This document shows positions 36,701-50,723 of a stretch of DNA of 60,032 nt, one piece after another. Every line of letters begins with the position of its first letter. The first letter of the stretch is position 1. Origin of the DNA: Trichinella spiralis (taxonomy: Eukaryota); the NCBI RefSeq assembly GCF_000181795.1, contig NW_003526940.1:2312401-2372432 (forward strand), read 5' to 3'. A program made the translations under genes and the position numbers. The notes under the pieces are model-generated. The model saw only the letters and a list, made by a program, of their open reading frames with translations. It was not told the origin of the DNA and did no database searches.

Positions 36701-39700
36701 ATTTGTTTATTGTTCTTCTTATTTTGAAATCGAGGGAGATGTTTACTTCAATTGTACATTTTGTAGAGGTATAAGTTTTTTTCTTTCTTTCCTTCTTGCA
36801 TAATATCCCTTGTAATGAAGCAGTTTATTTGGAAGTGATTTTGTTTGTTCGATTATCTTTTGTTTTCGATGCAATGCAATGCTTGGTCAGCATAGTATAG
36901 TTTGTTTTGAAAAGTGAAATAAATAAATACCGATTGTTGTCGACTTCTGTTTTGTTATTTCAACTTGAGCATTTAGTTGTTCGTTTAATAAATTGTGTAT
37001 TTTTGTATGTTTTTTTGTCATGTTTCATAATTACAATTTTGAATTTAGATTTGTATATTAATTTATGAATTTATGTTCTGCTTTGATTTGTTTAAGGAGA
37101 AAAAAATAAAATTTTTTCATAAATTAAATGCAGTGAATGTGTTGACAGTTCGCTTCATGTGAAAACGTTATAATAATGCTGTTTGCTTATTTTTACAAAG
37201 AGATAATGGGCGAGCGATATTGTCGCCAGTCGAAGTTTCACATAGCAATGTTAAAATGCCATCTCTATCATCACTGGTGTCATGTAGTGGGTGTGAACAT
37301 TGTTTTTGTCCACTGTGAACAGTTCTGTTGTGGGTGCAATCTACGAACTCTACGAATTTTTTAATCAGCATCATCATAATTGAGCCAAGTTTTAAAGTGT
37401 CGCATCCATATCCACCCTTCCCTCTGTTGTATATTCAGAAATTTTAAATTTTTCTTGTTTTTTCTTTCTCTTGATTTACTTTTATAAAAGAAATTTTCAC
37501 TTTATTCTGATAATTATTTGAATTTCATTTTTGACAGTTATTTATTTATTTATATTTTACTCTACAACATTGGCATGTTTGACATTTTTTTCTAGTTTGT
37601 TTCTAGTTTATCTGAATTATTTTTATTAATTATATTTACTGTTTTTAAAATGAGAAATGATTTATATTATTTATTTTATACGAAATGTGCTGTTCGATTC
37701 GATTATCCGAATTAGTTACTCTGAACACCATTTTGAAGTTGATTCTTTTTCTTAAGGATTATTATTCATTTATATATGGTTTGAATAACAGTATAATTAG
37801 TTTTATTTGACTGTTCAGTGAATATTGAGTATATGGGCAGATGGCACTCCAGCAGCAGAGCTCTTGCCTTTTCTCATTCTAATAATAGCTATGTTATATT
37901 ATTATTATTATTATCATTTTTTAACTTCAAATTCACGTTGGATGAAAGCTGGGGTTTGATGGAAAATTGTTCGAGAAAAAGCATGCGCAACTTCTTTTTT
38001 AGCTAATACCTGTGCATAGTTTGGTTTCGTCCTCTAATGATCTGATGACCATTGGATCGACACAGTGGTTGCCTTCGACCGGCGGTCGTCTGTTCAATTA
38101 CTTTACTCAAGATCCGTGCACTAATTCAGCTGAGATGCATTTAATTGTTTTGCATTTTTAAAGGAAACCAAAAGAAGCAACGTTTATTTAAATTACGATT
38201 CAGGAAGCTTTTAAAATTTTGTGTTTATTAATTTTTAATATTATTTTCTGTTTGCTTTGTTTTTTAGTCAATTTGCTTTTTTTGGATGACGGGTACTTTT
38301 GATTTATATAATGCTTTGAGGAAACCCAATGCTGATTGTAGAAAAATTGTAGAAATAGCTTTTGAAATGTAACATCGATTGTGTAAATTTGCATTGATTA
38401 TCAAATCAAAATGAAAATTATTATTTTTGTTATTGTTCAAGTAATTAAATCATTCAATTAATAATGATAATAATAATGTCAGCCAACTGCATGAACATTC
38501 AACTCCTTTTGTCTTCACAATATGTCTACTTTTTGATAATTTTATGAGAATGAATTTATTAATATCATTGTTGTTGTTGTTGTTGTTGAAAAGCTTATAA
38601 TTAATTATTGTATTTTTGTCCACTTGAATCTCATCGTCCAATTTTGACAAAAGCAAGTTTTACTGGTTCTGAAAATGATCACCTATATTTATCTGATTGT
38701 TGATCGTTGCGTAATTATACAAACAGTCTCAAAGCGACAGCTATGATCAAACAATCACCAACCAGGATTGATTAATTCAATCCGTCGGATGATATGTAAA
38801 TATTTAGTCTAGCAGATAGTAGTTCCGATCAATTGAACGTCCACGCTGATGCTATTTGAATTAATATGCAATGAATTAATTTTTCCATCGACTACATATT
38901 ATGCATGCATGTGTGCAAGTGTGCGTCTGTTTTTAAAGCATTTGTTTTGTAATTTGAATTTTTTTCTTCTTCCGCAGAAGTAGTTTTTGCAAACTCGAGT
39001 TTTAGGAGGTTGACAAATTTGGAGTGTATTTTTGAAATGTTTTTCCACAAATTTCAGATGTGAAATGTTTGCTTCTTTTGTTCAGCGTATTATTTTTTGT
39101 AAAAAAATGTTGCATATTATTATTATTATTAAATTTTCAAAAATTCATAATTTGCAACATTTCCACTTATTCTACCAGTAGTTATGTCGTAAATAATGAT
39201 TGGATTGGAAAGTGTTTTTATTTGTTTGTTTTTTTTTTAATTTTTCCCATTCAAAAATATTTGCGGTTGCTTGCTTGATTTGGGTTTGGTGAAAATGTGG
39301 AGTTGTTGTTGTTGTTGGCGCTGTTTTCTTGCCGAATTGCTTTATTTCATATGTTTTCTTTTATGTGTATTGTTAAATATTAGTTTAAATTGTTAATTAA
39401 AGTTTCTGATAGATTTTAATAATTAGAAGTGAAATTATTTCTTTCTTTCTTTTTTTTGAGAATGAATTTTCGTTTAGGAAGAGCCGATTAGTGAAGAAGA
39501 AGCTAAACGAAGAAGAGAATTACTTGCCCGAAGACCATCTTATCGGTAAAATATGATTCTTATTAATTTATTAATTAATTTATTTATTTGTATTTTTTTC
39601 AGAAAAATATTGAACGATCTCTCCGGGTATGAATTGGAAATCAAGCCTAAACTGGATACATGTACTCCAGAACAGCCAGGTGATGCACTCGGTGTTGTCA

Positions 39701-42700
39701 ATAGTTCCGGTCCAACGGCTGTGCATAGTTCAGTCATTCTTCCATCATCAGTGCCCGATGGAATTGCTGATACTACACGTGAGTGGAATTTGTTTTTTCT
39801 TTCTAATTATTCTGTATATCTTGGATATTTTTGTTTGCGCTTTCAAATTATGCTATTGAAAAAAATGAACTGCTGCCACTTCTTTTCCACTTTAAAATTT
39901 TATATAATTTGTGTTTTTGTTTTTTTCTCTAATTTTTGAATAGAATAGTATTTATTCCCTTGACAATTGTTTCTGTTGTTATTACATTTGCATGTTGGGC
40001 TTTTTTTTCTAAACTTCTATGCACAATATTTACGGTAAAATGTCTTTTTTTTTCATTTCAATTAAATAATCACCACTGACATCGTCGATTTTCGATGTGC
40101 GTAAATAGAATATTATAAAAGCCATTTTATTGCTCAGAGGAAAGTTTTTTTTAAAAAATATCTCAGCTTTGTCATTCTTTATTGCGTCCGTTTTGCAAAA
40201 GGATAAAAAGAGAATAATCATTTTATGAATGGATGACTTTCAAGCTGTGAAAACTATTTAATTTACTTATTTATTTATTTATTTCAGTTTTATTGGAAAC
40301 AAATTTTTTTTTAAAATTTTCGCACATACATTTTCCAGTATCTGTACTTATTATGTTTGTATTTTTATTTAACTTCATTTTTATTTGGCTGGCTTTGTTA
40401 TTTTTTTCATTGTGATCGTTGATTAATTTTTGGGTATCGACACACACCAAATGACGATGGTACATGATGATCATGATGATGCGCAGTGGCAGCAGCAGTA
40501 AAATGTATAAAATAGTCATGTTTCTTTTATTGCAATTGAACGTGTCTATGTTTGGTGATCTCAACAAGCTAAAATATATTTCAAAATTGATTATTTCTTG
40601 TCCTTTTTCTGATTCACCGAGTTTCTATTTTTGTTGTTATTATTATTATTATTATTATTATTAAATATTTTCTCGTCGAATGGAAATTCACATAAAAAGT
40701 TGGTTCAGTATAAAAAATGCTTAATTTTTGGTTGTTGGTAATTTTATGTTGAATTTGAATGAACAAATATATATGTATATATATATACAATTTGGCGTTA
40801 TTGATTTTTCCATATCTTAAAAGCAAAGATGAAGTTTGTAGAGTTTTTTTTTGTTCTTTCGTTTCAAAATCTACTTTCTTTGAATTTTTTAATTGGTATT
40901 TTTAAAAATAGAACATGCAATTGTTATTAATTAATTAATTAATTAATTGATCTGTGAACACAATTTGTGTTCTATTTGAAATGACGAAAGCAAGAAAAAA
41001 AAATTCAATGATCAAATTACAAATTCAAGGACCGACCGCATGTTATTTGTTATCTATTTGACAAGTTATATTTTGGTCGGTAGAGGTAGATTTGGTAGTT
41101 ATTTTTTTTTTCTTGCAAATTTATAATTTGCATAATTTTTTCTCCAGTTGAAAAACGGATAAATTGTTCAATAATGATGTGCAGAAAGTGTTGAAAATAA
41201 GTTCCAATTTAGAATTGTTCTCTTTTTTTAAAACTTGCATAAGAGAAATTGAGAAGAGCAATGATGTGAAATCAATTTTTCAATTTCAAATGTATGGAAA
41301 AATGTGTGTAGATTTTATTATTTCTTGTTTCTATTATTACTTCACAACGGGGATAATTTTATTTTGTTGTATTTATATTGTTGTTGTTGTAGAAGAATAA
41401 GAAATTTTTTTTTCTTCTTTTTTTTAAAACTGTTTATGCATAGATATAAATATAATAATAAATATGAAAAAAATATGGTAGAATTGTTTGATGACGATAG
41501 TTGCCCTAGTGAATTGAATGAATGAATGACATGTTTGTAATTGCGACACGCGTTATCATTTTTGAAAAGTTAATATCGTCGCAATTGACCAATTGAGTAT
41601 GATTGATAATAATAATTGCTTTGCCAAAGTTGAAAAAAGCTTGCACAGAACGGTGGTGCGCACAAATAAAACTTTTCAACTTTAGAAAGGTTGGTTTGGA
41701 AAGTATATAATAAAGATATTAAACAGAAAAAAATACATATATATAAAACTATTAATAAAAGTTGCATCGATTTCGCACGACCCGCTTGATGACGTAGGAC
41801 GCGCTCTAATTGGCCGCTTGATGACGCAAATTTGGTTTCAGCCAGCTTTGCGGCATATTGACGGCGACGTGCCTGCCATTTTGGCTATTTTTGATCAATT
41901 CTATGAAAAAGCAGCGTCGTCGTTCTACTGCTGCTGCCGCTGCCGCTGCTTTACGCCTAGCAGATCTGCTAGTGGTAAACGGTTCTCTTGATTCAGGTGC
42001 TTTTTTTTTCTTAAAAAAATTTATTCAAAATAATAATTATTAATTTTTATTTTTTAAATAATTTTGTTTTATTTATATCGATGTGTATTGCGTTGATCAG
42101 TATTTGGTTCGTTTGTGAAATTTGTAAGAAATGATGAAAATTTTTCAACTAATTTAAATAAATATATGTATTTTTTTCAATTTTCAATTTTTACACATGT
42201 TCACAGATTGTGATTTTTCTTTCCTTTTCATTGGTGACATTGGTCGACCTTTATTTTTCTTTTTATTCAACTGTACAAGCAAGAAGGAAGCAAAAGAAAA
42301 CAAAAAGAATTCTTGCGTGCATGTGTATTCTTTATGTTTCGTGCATCTTGTTCACTTATTAATAATAATAATTATTATTATTATGATTTTTTGACGTCAG
42401 CATAATAATAATAATAATAATAATAATAAGCCGATTTATCTGTCGTAGTTGATGTTGAGTGACGTTTGATTATTTTCAAGAAAGAAAAAGGAAAAATACT
42501 GTAAAAGAATTATCAAGCTGAAAATAGAAATTCACCCATTATATCCGTCTTGAGAAAAATGAAATTTAATATTTTGATATCATTTTTTGTCTTCAATGCA
42601 ACTGGTGATGTGTAATTAGTATTTTTTTTTCAACCGATGCGTGCGTGGTCGTTATTGCGTAATAAAAGACAAATGGCTATTTGTATGCATGTATGTATGT

Positions 42701-45547
42701 ATGTATTTATTTGAATTTTTTCTTTTCTTTCACTTTCTTGTTGTACTTGAAAAGCTCAAAGTTCTGTTATCATTATTTTTTTTATCGGCGTTGGTAATGT
42801 TGTTCAGTGCTGCTGCGAGCATTATTGTTGTTGAAGCTCATCAATCTTTTCCTCTTTGAAGCATCATGTTGTACAACTTGTGTATGTCTTTTTGAATTTA
42901 AAGAAAGAAAAAATTTTTTTTTCACGTTGCATGATCTCAACTATTATTATTTTTGAACTGTATTTATTTTTATTTCTATTCAATTTCATATCTTTATTTA
43001 TATATGTGTATATATATACGGTATCGAATGTAAATCTGGGATTATATATCACTGCTATCAGTGTCACTGTTGTTCTGTTGTGATAAATTTTTGTTTCTCT
43101 CTCTCTCTCTCTCTCTTTGTTGATCATATCATATTAAAAAGAATAAAAGGTATAATTTTTTTACAAAATTTATAATATTTTTTTATTTTAATATTTTTTA
43201 TTAATGAAAAAAATTATTTTCTTTCTGCTCTCCACCTCTCATTTCAACATCTTTTCATCAGCATTGTGATTTTTTTGAAAATTTGTGACGTAATGAAAGT
43301 GAGCTTGTTTTTCTGGCGAAAATGATCATCATCTGGTGTAAAAGTTTTATTTTATTATATTATATGTGAAGATGATGCTTTTTCATCATTTATTCCTCTG
43401 ATATAAGCCTATGAGAGAATGTTTCAACCGAGCTCACACGTTTCTTTCAATCTCTCTCTCTCTTTCTTTCGTCACGTCACGTCACGTCACATCTTGAAAA
43501 ATTCCAACGCTATTAACTAAAACTCGGTCTGCTGTTATCATTATTATGAACATGATTAAAAAGTAAAAGTAAAGTAATAATTGTATAGTTTTTGGCTTTG
43601 TTGAAAGAATTTATGAAAATTTATTTATTTATTTTTTAATATTTCTGTATTGAATTGCTTTTTTTTAATTAAAATGTATTATATATCGAATCTTATTTGA
43701 AGAAAAACCCTGTCCGTCTTCTTTGCCTATCTGTTGTAGAAGCGATGATGTTTTTATAAGCAATAATGTTTATTGAAATTAAAATGTTGACAGTTAGTTA
43801 TATTTGCACATTATAACTGCATTGTCAACATTTAATAATGAAATTCAATTACAATTTAGATTTGCATAGATATTTTATTATACGATTGAATGGAATGAAT
43901 GATAACAGCTTTGTGATTGTTATAGAATTTTTAATTGATTGATTGATTGATTGGATTATAAAAGTTGATCTTTGAAAGTTAAACTTTTGTTGTTGTCGAC
44001 GTGTTGTTTGTTATTTTGTTAACTTGTTAATGAAAATTCATTCAATTAATTACTTTTAAAGGTAATGAATTGAATTTGAAAAAGAAGTGAAATGTTTGTT
44101 TTCACATTATTATTTTTAGAAAATAAATAAATGTATATATATTTGTTATAATTTACAAATGATTTAATTATATTTTTATTTAAAAAGTAGAAAAAGTAAA
44201 TTGTTTTGATTACTGTTGAAGGGAATTTTTAGTTGTTGTTGTTGTTGTTTTTTATTTTGAATGAAAAATACTGTCCATTGTAGCCAGTTGGTGGTGGTTT
44301 GATGGAAAAAAATTGTCTTTGAAAACTTCATTTTCGTCTTCCTAGTAATTGAATTACATGATCGGATAAAAAATAATTTAAATTTGAAACGTGATCATTG
44401 GCCGTGCTGTTTTGAAATTCGATTAACATTTCAATATTTTATTTTTGATTTCAATTCAATTCAGTTTCTCTTTTGTCGATGATAATGAAGCTGAACAAAA
44501 AGAAAAGTTTCACAATCAGAAAAAAAATTATTGTTGTGCTGCTGCTGTGTTAGAACAATTTCACATTTTTTGTTTTAAATAAAATCAAAAAAAAAATTTT
44601 CTTTTTCAAATAGTATGTAAGAATTTGTTGTATGCTGCTTGTCAACAATGCCGTGCAGTAGTGGTGTTTATTTATTTATTTGTTTGTTTATTTTTTCAAT
44701 TTGCACTGCGGGTCGGGTATATTGTTTATACATCGTCGACGTGCGTCATCGTGTCGACTTTTGCATCAGACGAAGAAATGAAAATGTTGTTGTTCACTTG
44801 TGATGACGTCAATTTTAGTTTTATGTGGTTTCTTTGTTGTTGTTGTTGTTGTGATTATTTAAATTTTTCCATATTTGAATTTGTTTTTTAAAATGAAAAA
44901 ATGTTGTCGATTGTAGGGAGTTTGATGTCGCACGGTGCCACGTCGGGACTGTTGCATTACGCGCAGACGACGACCGACGGCAACGGGCAGATCCTTTTGC
45001 CGAGCACGTTCGTGCGTGGCGACGTGTGCCGTGGCGTCAAATTGGAGCCGTACGATTTCGCCGCCGTCAGCGGCGACTTGCTCGGCTTGAAACCGGTTTC
45101 GACCAGTTCGGCGCTTTCGGCGCCGGCTGCGGCCCGGTCGGCCGGCGCGGCCGCGGCCGCCGCGGCTCTGGTCAACCAGGGTCTGTTGCCGGCTTTCACG
45201 CCCCCTTCGGATGTCAATTGTTCGTCGCCGTCCAAATCGACGTCGTCGTCCACGCCGAATCCTTCAGGTCCCGAAGAAGCGGTCAGGAAGCGCGAACTTC
45301 GGCTGTTGAAAAACAGGTAAACAAAATATTGTTTGCTTTTTTGTTGTTTGTTGTTGTTGTTCTTGTCACTGTAATTAATAACAACAACAACTACTACTGT
45401 AGGGAAGCAGCCAAAGAGTGTCGAAGAAAGAAAAAAGAATACGTGAAATGTCTTGAAAGTCGGGTTACTGTACTCGAGACGCAAAACAAACAACTCATTG
45501 AAGAGTTGAAAAATTTGAAAGAACTCTACTGTCAAAAAGCCGATTAA
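33735..45547 (+). CDS. crh-1: CREB/CREM-family bZIP transcription factor (exons 33735-33896, 39478-39545, 39603-39778, 44917-45316, 45403-45547)
   Basis: KID domain KRRRELLARRPSYRKILNDLS, Q2-like segment YAQTTTDGNGQILLPS, bZIP EEAVRKRELRLLKNREAAKECRRKKKEYVKCLESRVTVLETQNKQLIEELKNLKELYC. All exon phases are compatible. Exon 1 is the least certain. Confidence 0.95.
41782..41885 (+). promoter_or_regulatory. Putative internal CREB promoter with tandem CRE-like sites, a CCAAT box and a YY1-like motif
   Basis: Direct repeat CCGCTTGATGACG at 41782 and 41814 flanks ATTGG (41809). A third TGACG is at 41859 and GCCATTTT at 41875. The segment is a GC island in an AT-rich intron. Confidence 0.6.
41903..41996 (+). 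CDS. Candidate alternative first coding exon of CREB (KID-less isoform)
   Basis: ATG to CAG|GT is 31 codons plus 1 nt, so it is phase 1 and in frame with the acceptor at 44917. Confidence 0.4.
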
Positions 45548-48500
45548 ACACAACGAACGTCATGTTATTATTTTTTTTCGTCCAAACCCGATGATCGACA
45601 TTCAACAGTGAAAAAAAAGCCTTTCTTTTTTTTGTTTTTAAAATTTATTCTATTGCTTTTGTCCCTCCCCCCCCCCTCTTTTTTTTCTTCTTACTGTATA
45701 CAATCCCAATTTCTCATTCGTCGTCGTCCATAAAAGGAGAAAGTGTGTGCAGGCAGATATTTGCAAATCAAACGAACTTTTTTTTCTTTTTTGTTTGAAT
45801 AATTATATTATCATTTGCCATCTCTTTTCTCTCTCTCTTATTTATGCTTTGCTTTGCTTTGTTTTGTCTGCGATGAAATTGTTCGACAAAAAAAAATTTC
45901 TCCGATGAGTGAAGCAAAACAGAATATTCTCGGTGTCTTTTTTCCCGGTTCCACGATTCACATTTTTTTTTCATTTCGTGTTTCATTTCAAAAAAAACCG
46001 AGTGATTGTTTGTTTGTTTGTTTGTTTGTTTTTGTCAGTCATCTTCAAACATTTTTTCTCTCCCTTCTTTATTATTATTGAAAGAAAACAACAACTTTTC
46101 TTCAGTTGGCTGCAGGGAATGTTCGTGCAGTTTATGCTTATTTTTTGCATAGTATTGATTATTAATTTCTGTAAAAAGAAACCAACACCCGACACAGACA
46201 AACAACAACAACAACAACAAATGACTGATAATTTGCTATTTTATTAAAAGAAATGAAAAGAAAAAATACTCCAAAGTCTTTAGTTTGTTTCTCTTTTGGA
46301 CTTTTCGGTGTCAGAGAATTTGTTGTTTTTGGTTGATTTTTTTCGAATTCAAATTGCTCTGGTATTATATATGTATTTTTTTTGTTGGTTGGCTCGGACC
46401 GATGCTTTTTGCTTGCCTTTCACCGCCATCATTGTAGTCGTTCGGTCAAAGTCGTCTATTGTTGTTCTTTTTATTTAAATTATGTTTTCATTATTCTATT
46501 TGATGCACACGATGTTTCAAACCATCTTTCTTTTTCGAAATTTTGTTGTTGTTGTTGTTGTTGTTGTGGCCAACGAAGAAAGCATAATTGCGCTTGAATT
46601 GAAAAAATATGAAAATTTTGAAAATTCTTTCCAAAAAAGAAAAACATCTTTTGGAGAAATTATTTGAATATTATTATTTCTTTTCACAAGCACGCATGTT
46701 CAAAATTTTAAACGGCATTTCAATTGAAAAATATTATCACAGCAACAACAGAACTTGTACAAAAATGTGAATGTTGAAATGTGTGATTAATTGCAATGTG
46801 AAAATTTATGCTTTTCAAAAAATTTGTTTCAAATAAACAAATAAATATTTTTTAAAATAAAAATTTAAACCAATTGATTTTCAAAATTTTATTTCTTCAA
46901 CAACAAACTAGCAAAACAATTTCAAAAATAAAATATTAATTTGTTTTAATTTATTATTATATTGTTTTTTTTCAAAACAAAATATTCTGTTCCATAATTT
47001 GAAGTAATCCACATTTGAATGGTCATCTGCATCATTTAACTTGAGCGCTGAATTCGATACTGTATTTTTTTACAGAAACTGGCGCTTCATTGTACGATTG
47101 TTTTTTTTTGATTTTCACTCACAGCAATCGTCATCGTGGGGCAAGTTTCCTTTTTATAATTGTGCTTTGATTTTTTATTCAACACGCCTATGATGGTAAA
47201 TATGATGTGATTTCTCAACTTGCCTGAATATATATACAACATATGCATAAATAAATATATGTTATAATTTGTTCATATGTGGGGCTTGTATTTTCGTAAA
47301 ATTTGTTTGCAAACTTCTTCATCATTTCAGAAAGAACAGTTTATTTGATTAAAATATATTTATTTGCTTGTGTTGTGCATATTTGACGTTTGCGTTTGTG
47401 CATCCATTGGAAAATGTTTACCCTGAACAGTGTGTAATTTTTCCCACCACCTGCGTGCAGTGGTGCAAACAAATTGCCATATTTAACCAACACGATAAAA
47501 TAGTGAAGAAAAATGTCAATTTGACGAAAATCTTGATTTTTCTGAGCTTGAATTATTTGCAAATTGTTCTTCTAATTTTTGTCCTACTTCATCAAGTAGC
47601 AGTTTTTTTCACCGTTTGTTTGCCATTTTCAACTTTGCTTATCAATAATATCAACTACGATACGCAAATATTGAACACTGTTTAAAGTTTACAAAATGTT
47701 TAAAATCTCTTTGCTACATGAACATGATTGTAAGTGTTTGCAATTTCTTTTCTGAACTTTTTTTTGTAAATTTTGAAAAATGCTGACTTTTTCCGTTAAA
47801 TTATTGAAATTAAATATTAAATGAGAAAGTTTGTTTTTCCGTATAAATTATTCATTTCTTTTTATTGTTCTACTGTCTTTGTACATTCGTAAATATTGAA
47901 TATTAAACGTTCTTTACAGTACAATCAATTGTTTGCAATATTTGAAAAAGCTTCTTTTCTTTTCCCATTCAATGGCGTTTTTGATTTGCCTGCCATTTTA
48001 AAGCACTTTTTTCTTAAAAAATAAAAATTTCCAATAAAATTTCGTCTTTTTTTTCTGGTCACATCTATTTTTGTTCTTTTGTATCGAAACAATATTCAAA
48101 TTCAAATTCCGGTCCTACGAGTTGTGCACATTGTGATGCATTGATGCTCATTTGAACAAAACTCTCTGACAATGGCAATAACAACAACCGCCCAAATAGA
48201 GCCAGAAAAGTATCACCCTGTTTTGCTTGTTTTTTTAATGTAATATTTTTTGTTTATGTTTCATGTATTTACATATTGGTTTAAACTCGAAGCTTTGCAA
48301 CTTGATCAATATATCTCTAAGCATGTTAGCGGTTCAGTTTGCGAAAATTGTTTGTTTGAATTGTTTCCATTTGTGATATGTATTGCTTGTTCAATTTGTG
48401 TACTATTGGGAACAGCTTCAATTTCAGCAGCTTTCAAATTTTGGATGCTACGCGACCGTGATGCGGAAAATTCAAGCGGTGTGAATAATTATTTGAACAT

Positions 48501-48714
48501 TTTTAGATTGTTTTCTTTTTCAAGAATAAACGGAAGAACAATTTGCGTTCGCAAAATTATGGTTATCAACAAAGTGATTGAATGAAAATGATGTTTATTT
48601 TTTGAATTTCATCATCATCGATTCATATTTTCCACGCGACAGAAAAAAAAATATACCTATTCTTTCATACGGCATTGTTTAATATTTTTCATTAAAAGTA
48701 ATTTTTCCTCTCAA

Positions 48715-50723
48715 ATGACAGACATTGAATTGCTATCGGAAACACCGTGGTAAGTGTTTGTTTTACTTTTTTTTTCATTTCTTATCTTTTCATTTTTAAT
48801 AATCACTAAATTTCGAATATGATTCTCTCTCAGTCGAGCAAAATTGTCACTCCGTTGACTGAGCTTTATTTATTTATTTTTTCTCATACATCACTTTGTC
48901 TACTTTTGAATTAATTATGAAAATGATTCTGTAATTTGAATGATAAATAAGTTCTTTGAATTTTTATTTTCACTGTTATCATTTTTGAGAATACGTATGA
49001 ATTTTCTTTCGTTCATTCTTGATCGGAATAATTTCTTTCTTTTCTTTTTTACTGAATTGTTCAGGTTTTATGCTCTTTTGGATTCATCTCGCATTGCGAT
49101 ATTTATCATCTCGGTGTTGTTGATAGTTTACGGTAGTTTTCGATCGTTGAACTACGATGCATGCATCAAGAAGGAAGAAAAGCAAATTGGTAATCAAAAA
49201 TCATATTTATGTTTTTAATTAATTTTTATTTTCCTCTTCATTTTTTATCTTTTTTTTTGGTTCAGATGCTCAAGTGATCAATGGTCGTCAGGCTTTTCTC
49301 TTTCCACTTGTGGGAAGTATTTTTCTGTTGGTATCATTTTTCTTTTTCGATTCTCTTCAATTATTGTTCTTTGTCTGTACATCCGGTAATCATTTTTGAT
49401 CATCTGAAAAAGGAATTTTCATTAATTTCAATTTTCAATTATAGTTGTCGTCACAATTACTTGTGCATTTCTTTTGTTACCATTTGTGCAATCGTTGATC
49501 AGGCCATTTTTTGACGACGCACACAAGTGAATATATTATTTATTTATTTATTTATTTATTATTGTTTTAATTTTTAGAATTTCTATTGGTATTGTTGGAC
49601 GTTACACTGCCGCAGAAGTTGTTTCTGTTTTCATTTCACTTGGTCTAGTGTTTCTGTGGATCATTACGGGTCACTGGCTATTGATGGATGCTCTCGCGAT
49701 GGGTCTTTGCGTTGCGTTCATAGCATTGATTCGACTGCCCAGTCTTAAAGTTTCTACACTTCTTTTGACTGGTCTTTTGCTTTATGATGTTTTTTGGGTA
49801 ACAATAATTAATAATTTTCTTTGTTAAAATTAATAAAAACAAAATTTCCGGTTTCATTTACCTGGTTTCAGGTATTCTTTTCCACGTACATATTCAACAC
49901 TAACGTGATGGTGTATGTGGCGACCAAAACTGCCGAAAATCCTGTATGATTTATTGAATTAATATTATTGGATTAAATTTATTTCCATCTTTCAGATATC
50001 ATATTTATCGAAAAATATGCCATTCATATCCACCAGCAGTGAACCACCGAAATTATCACTGCCCGCCAAGTTGATGTTTCCCAGCTTTCAAGATGTTGGT
50101 CGATTTTCTATGCTCGGTTTGGGCGATATTGTGAGTTATTATTCTATTATTACGTACAGTTTAAATTCTTCTTCAGTATCATCAACAACAATTATGAATA
50201 TTATCATTTTCAACATGTCATTTCAGGTAATGCCGGGATTGTTGTTGTGTTTTGTCATGCGCTATGATGCGCATAAACGAACCCAAAACGGAGCCAACAA
50301 TAATCATTCGCCTTCGACTCCAGTTTCAAGCTTGCAGAAAGTGACATATTTTCATTGTTCATTAATTGGCTATTTTCTTGGTGAGAACATTTCTCTTATT
50401 ATTTTATATTCAAAAAAAATACTGAACGTGAAAGTTTTTTTTCAAGGTCTACTGACGGCCACAGTGTCGGCAGAATTTTTCAAATCCGCTCAGCCTGCCC
50501 TGCTTTATCTGGTGCCATTTACTCTTTTGCCGTTGATGATCATGGCATATTTAAAGGTATTTTTTTCTTTCATTTTTGTTGCCAGTTTTTCTTTGAAACT
50601 TTATTCATTGATGTTGCTTGCTCATTGCAGGGTGATTTACGTCGCATGTGGAATGAGCCTTTTACTGATTATTCGTCATCAGTATCTTCGAAGCTCGAAA
50701 AAACATCCGAAATATACGTTTGA
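48715..50723 (+). CDS. SPPL3: Signal peptide peptidase-like 3 (GxGD intramembrane aspartyl protease), multi-exon
   Basis: [98 protein letters not shown]. Confidence 0.96.

Noticed and set aside
44957..45553. 198-aa antisense ORF and a 173-aa alternative-frame ORF over CREB
   Set aside because: These are shadows of a GC-rich exon running through an intron; they lack ATG starts and any domain.
46980..47700. Possible minus-strand gene between CREB and SPPL3
   Set aside because: Only short frames with stops; no consistent splice model or recognisable domain.
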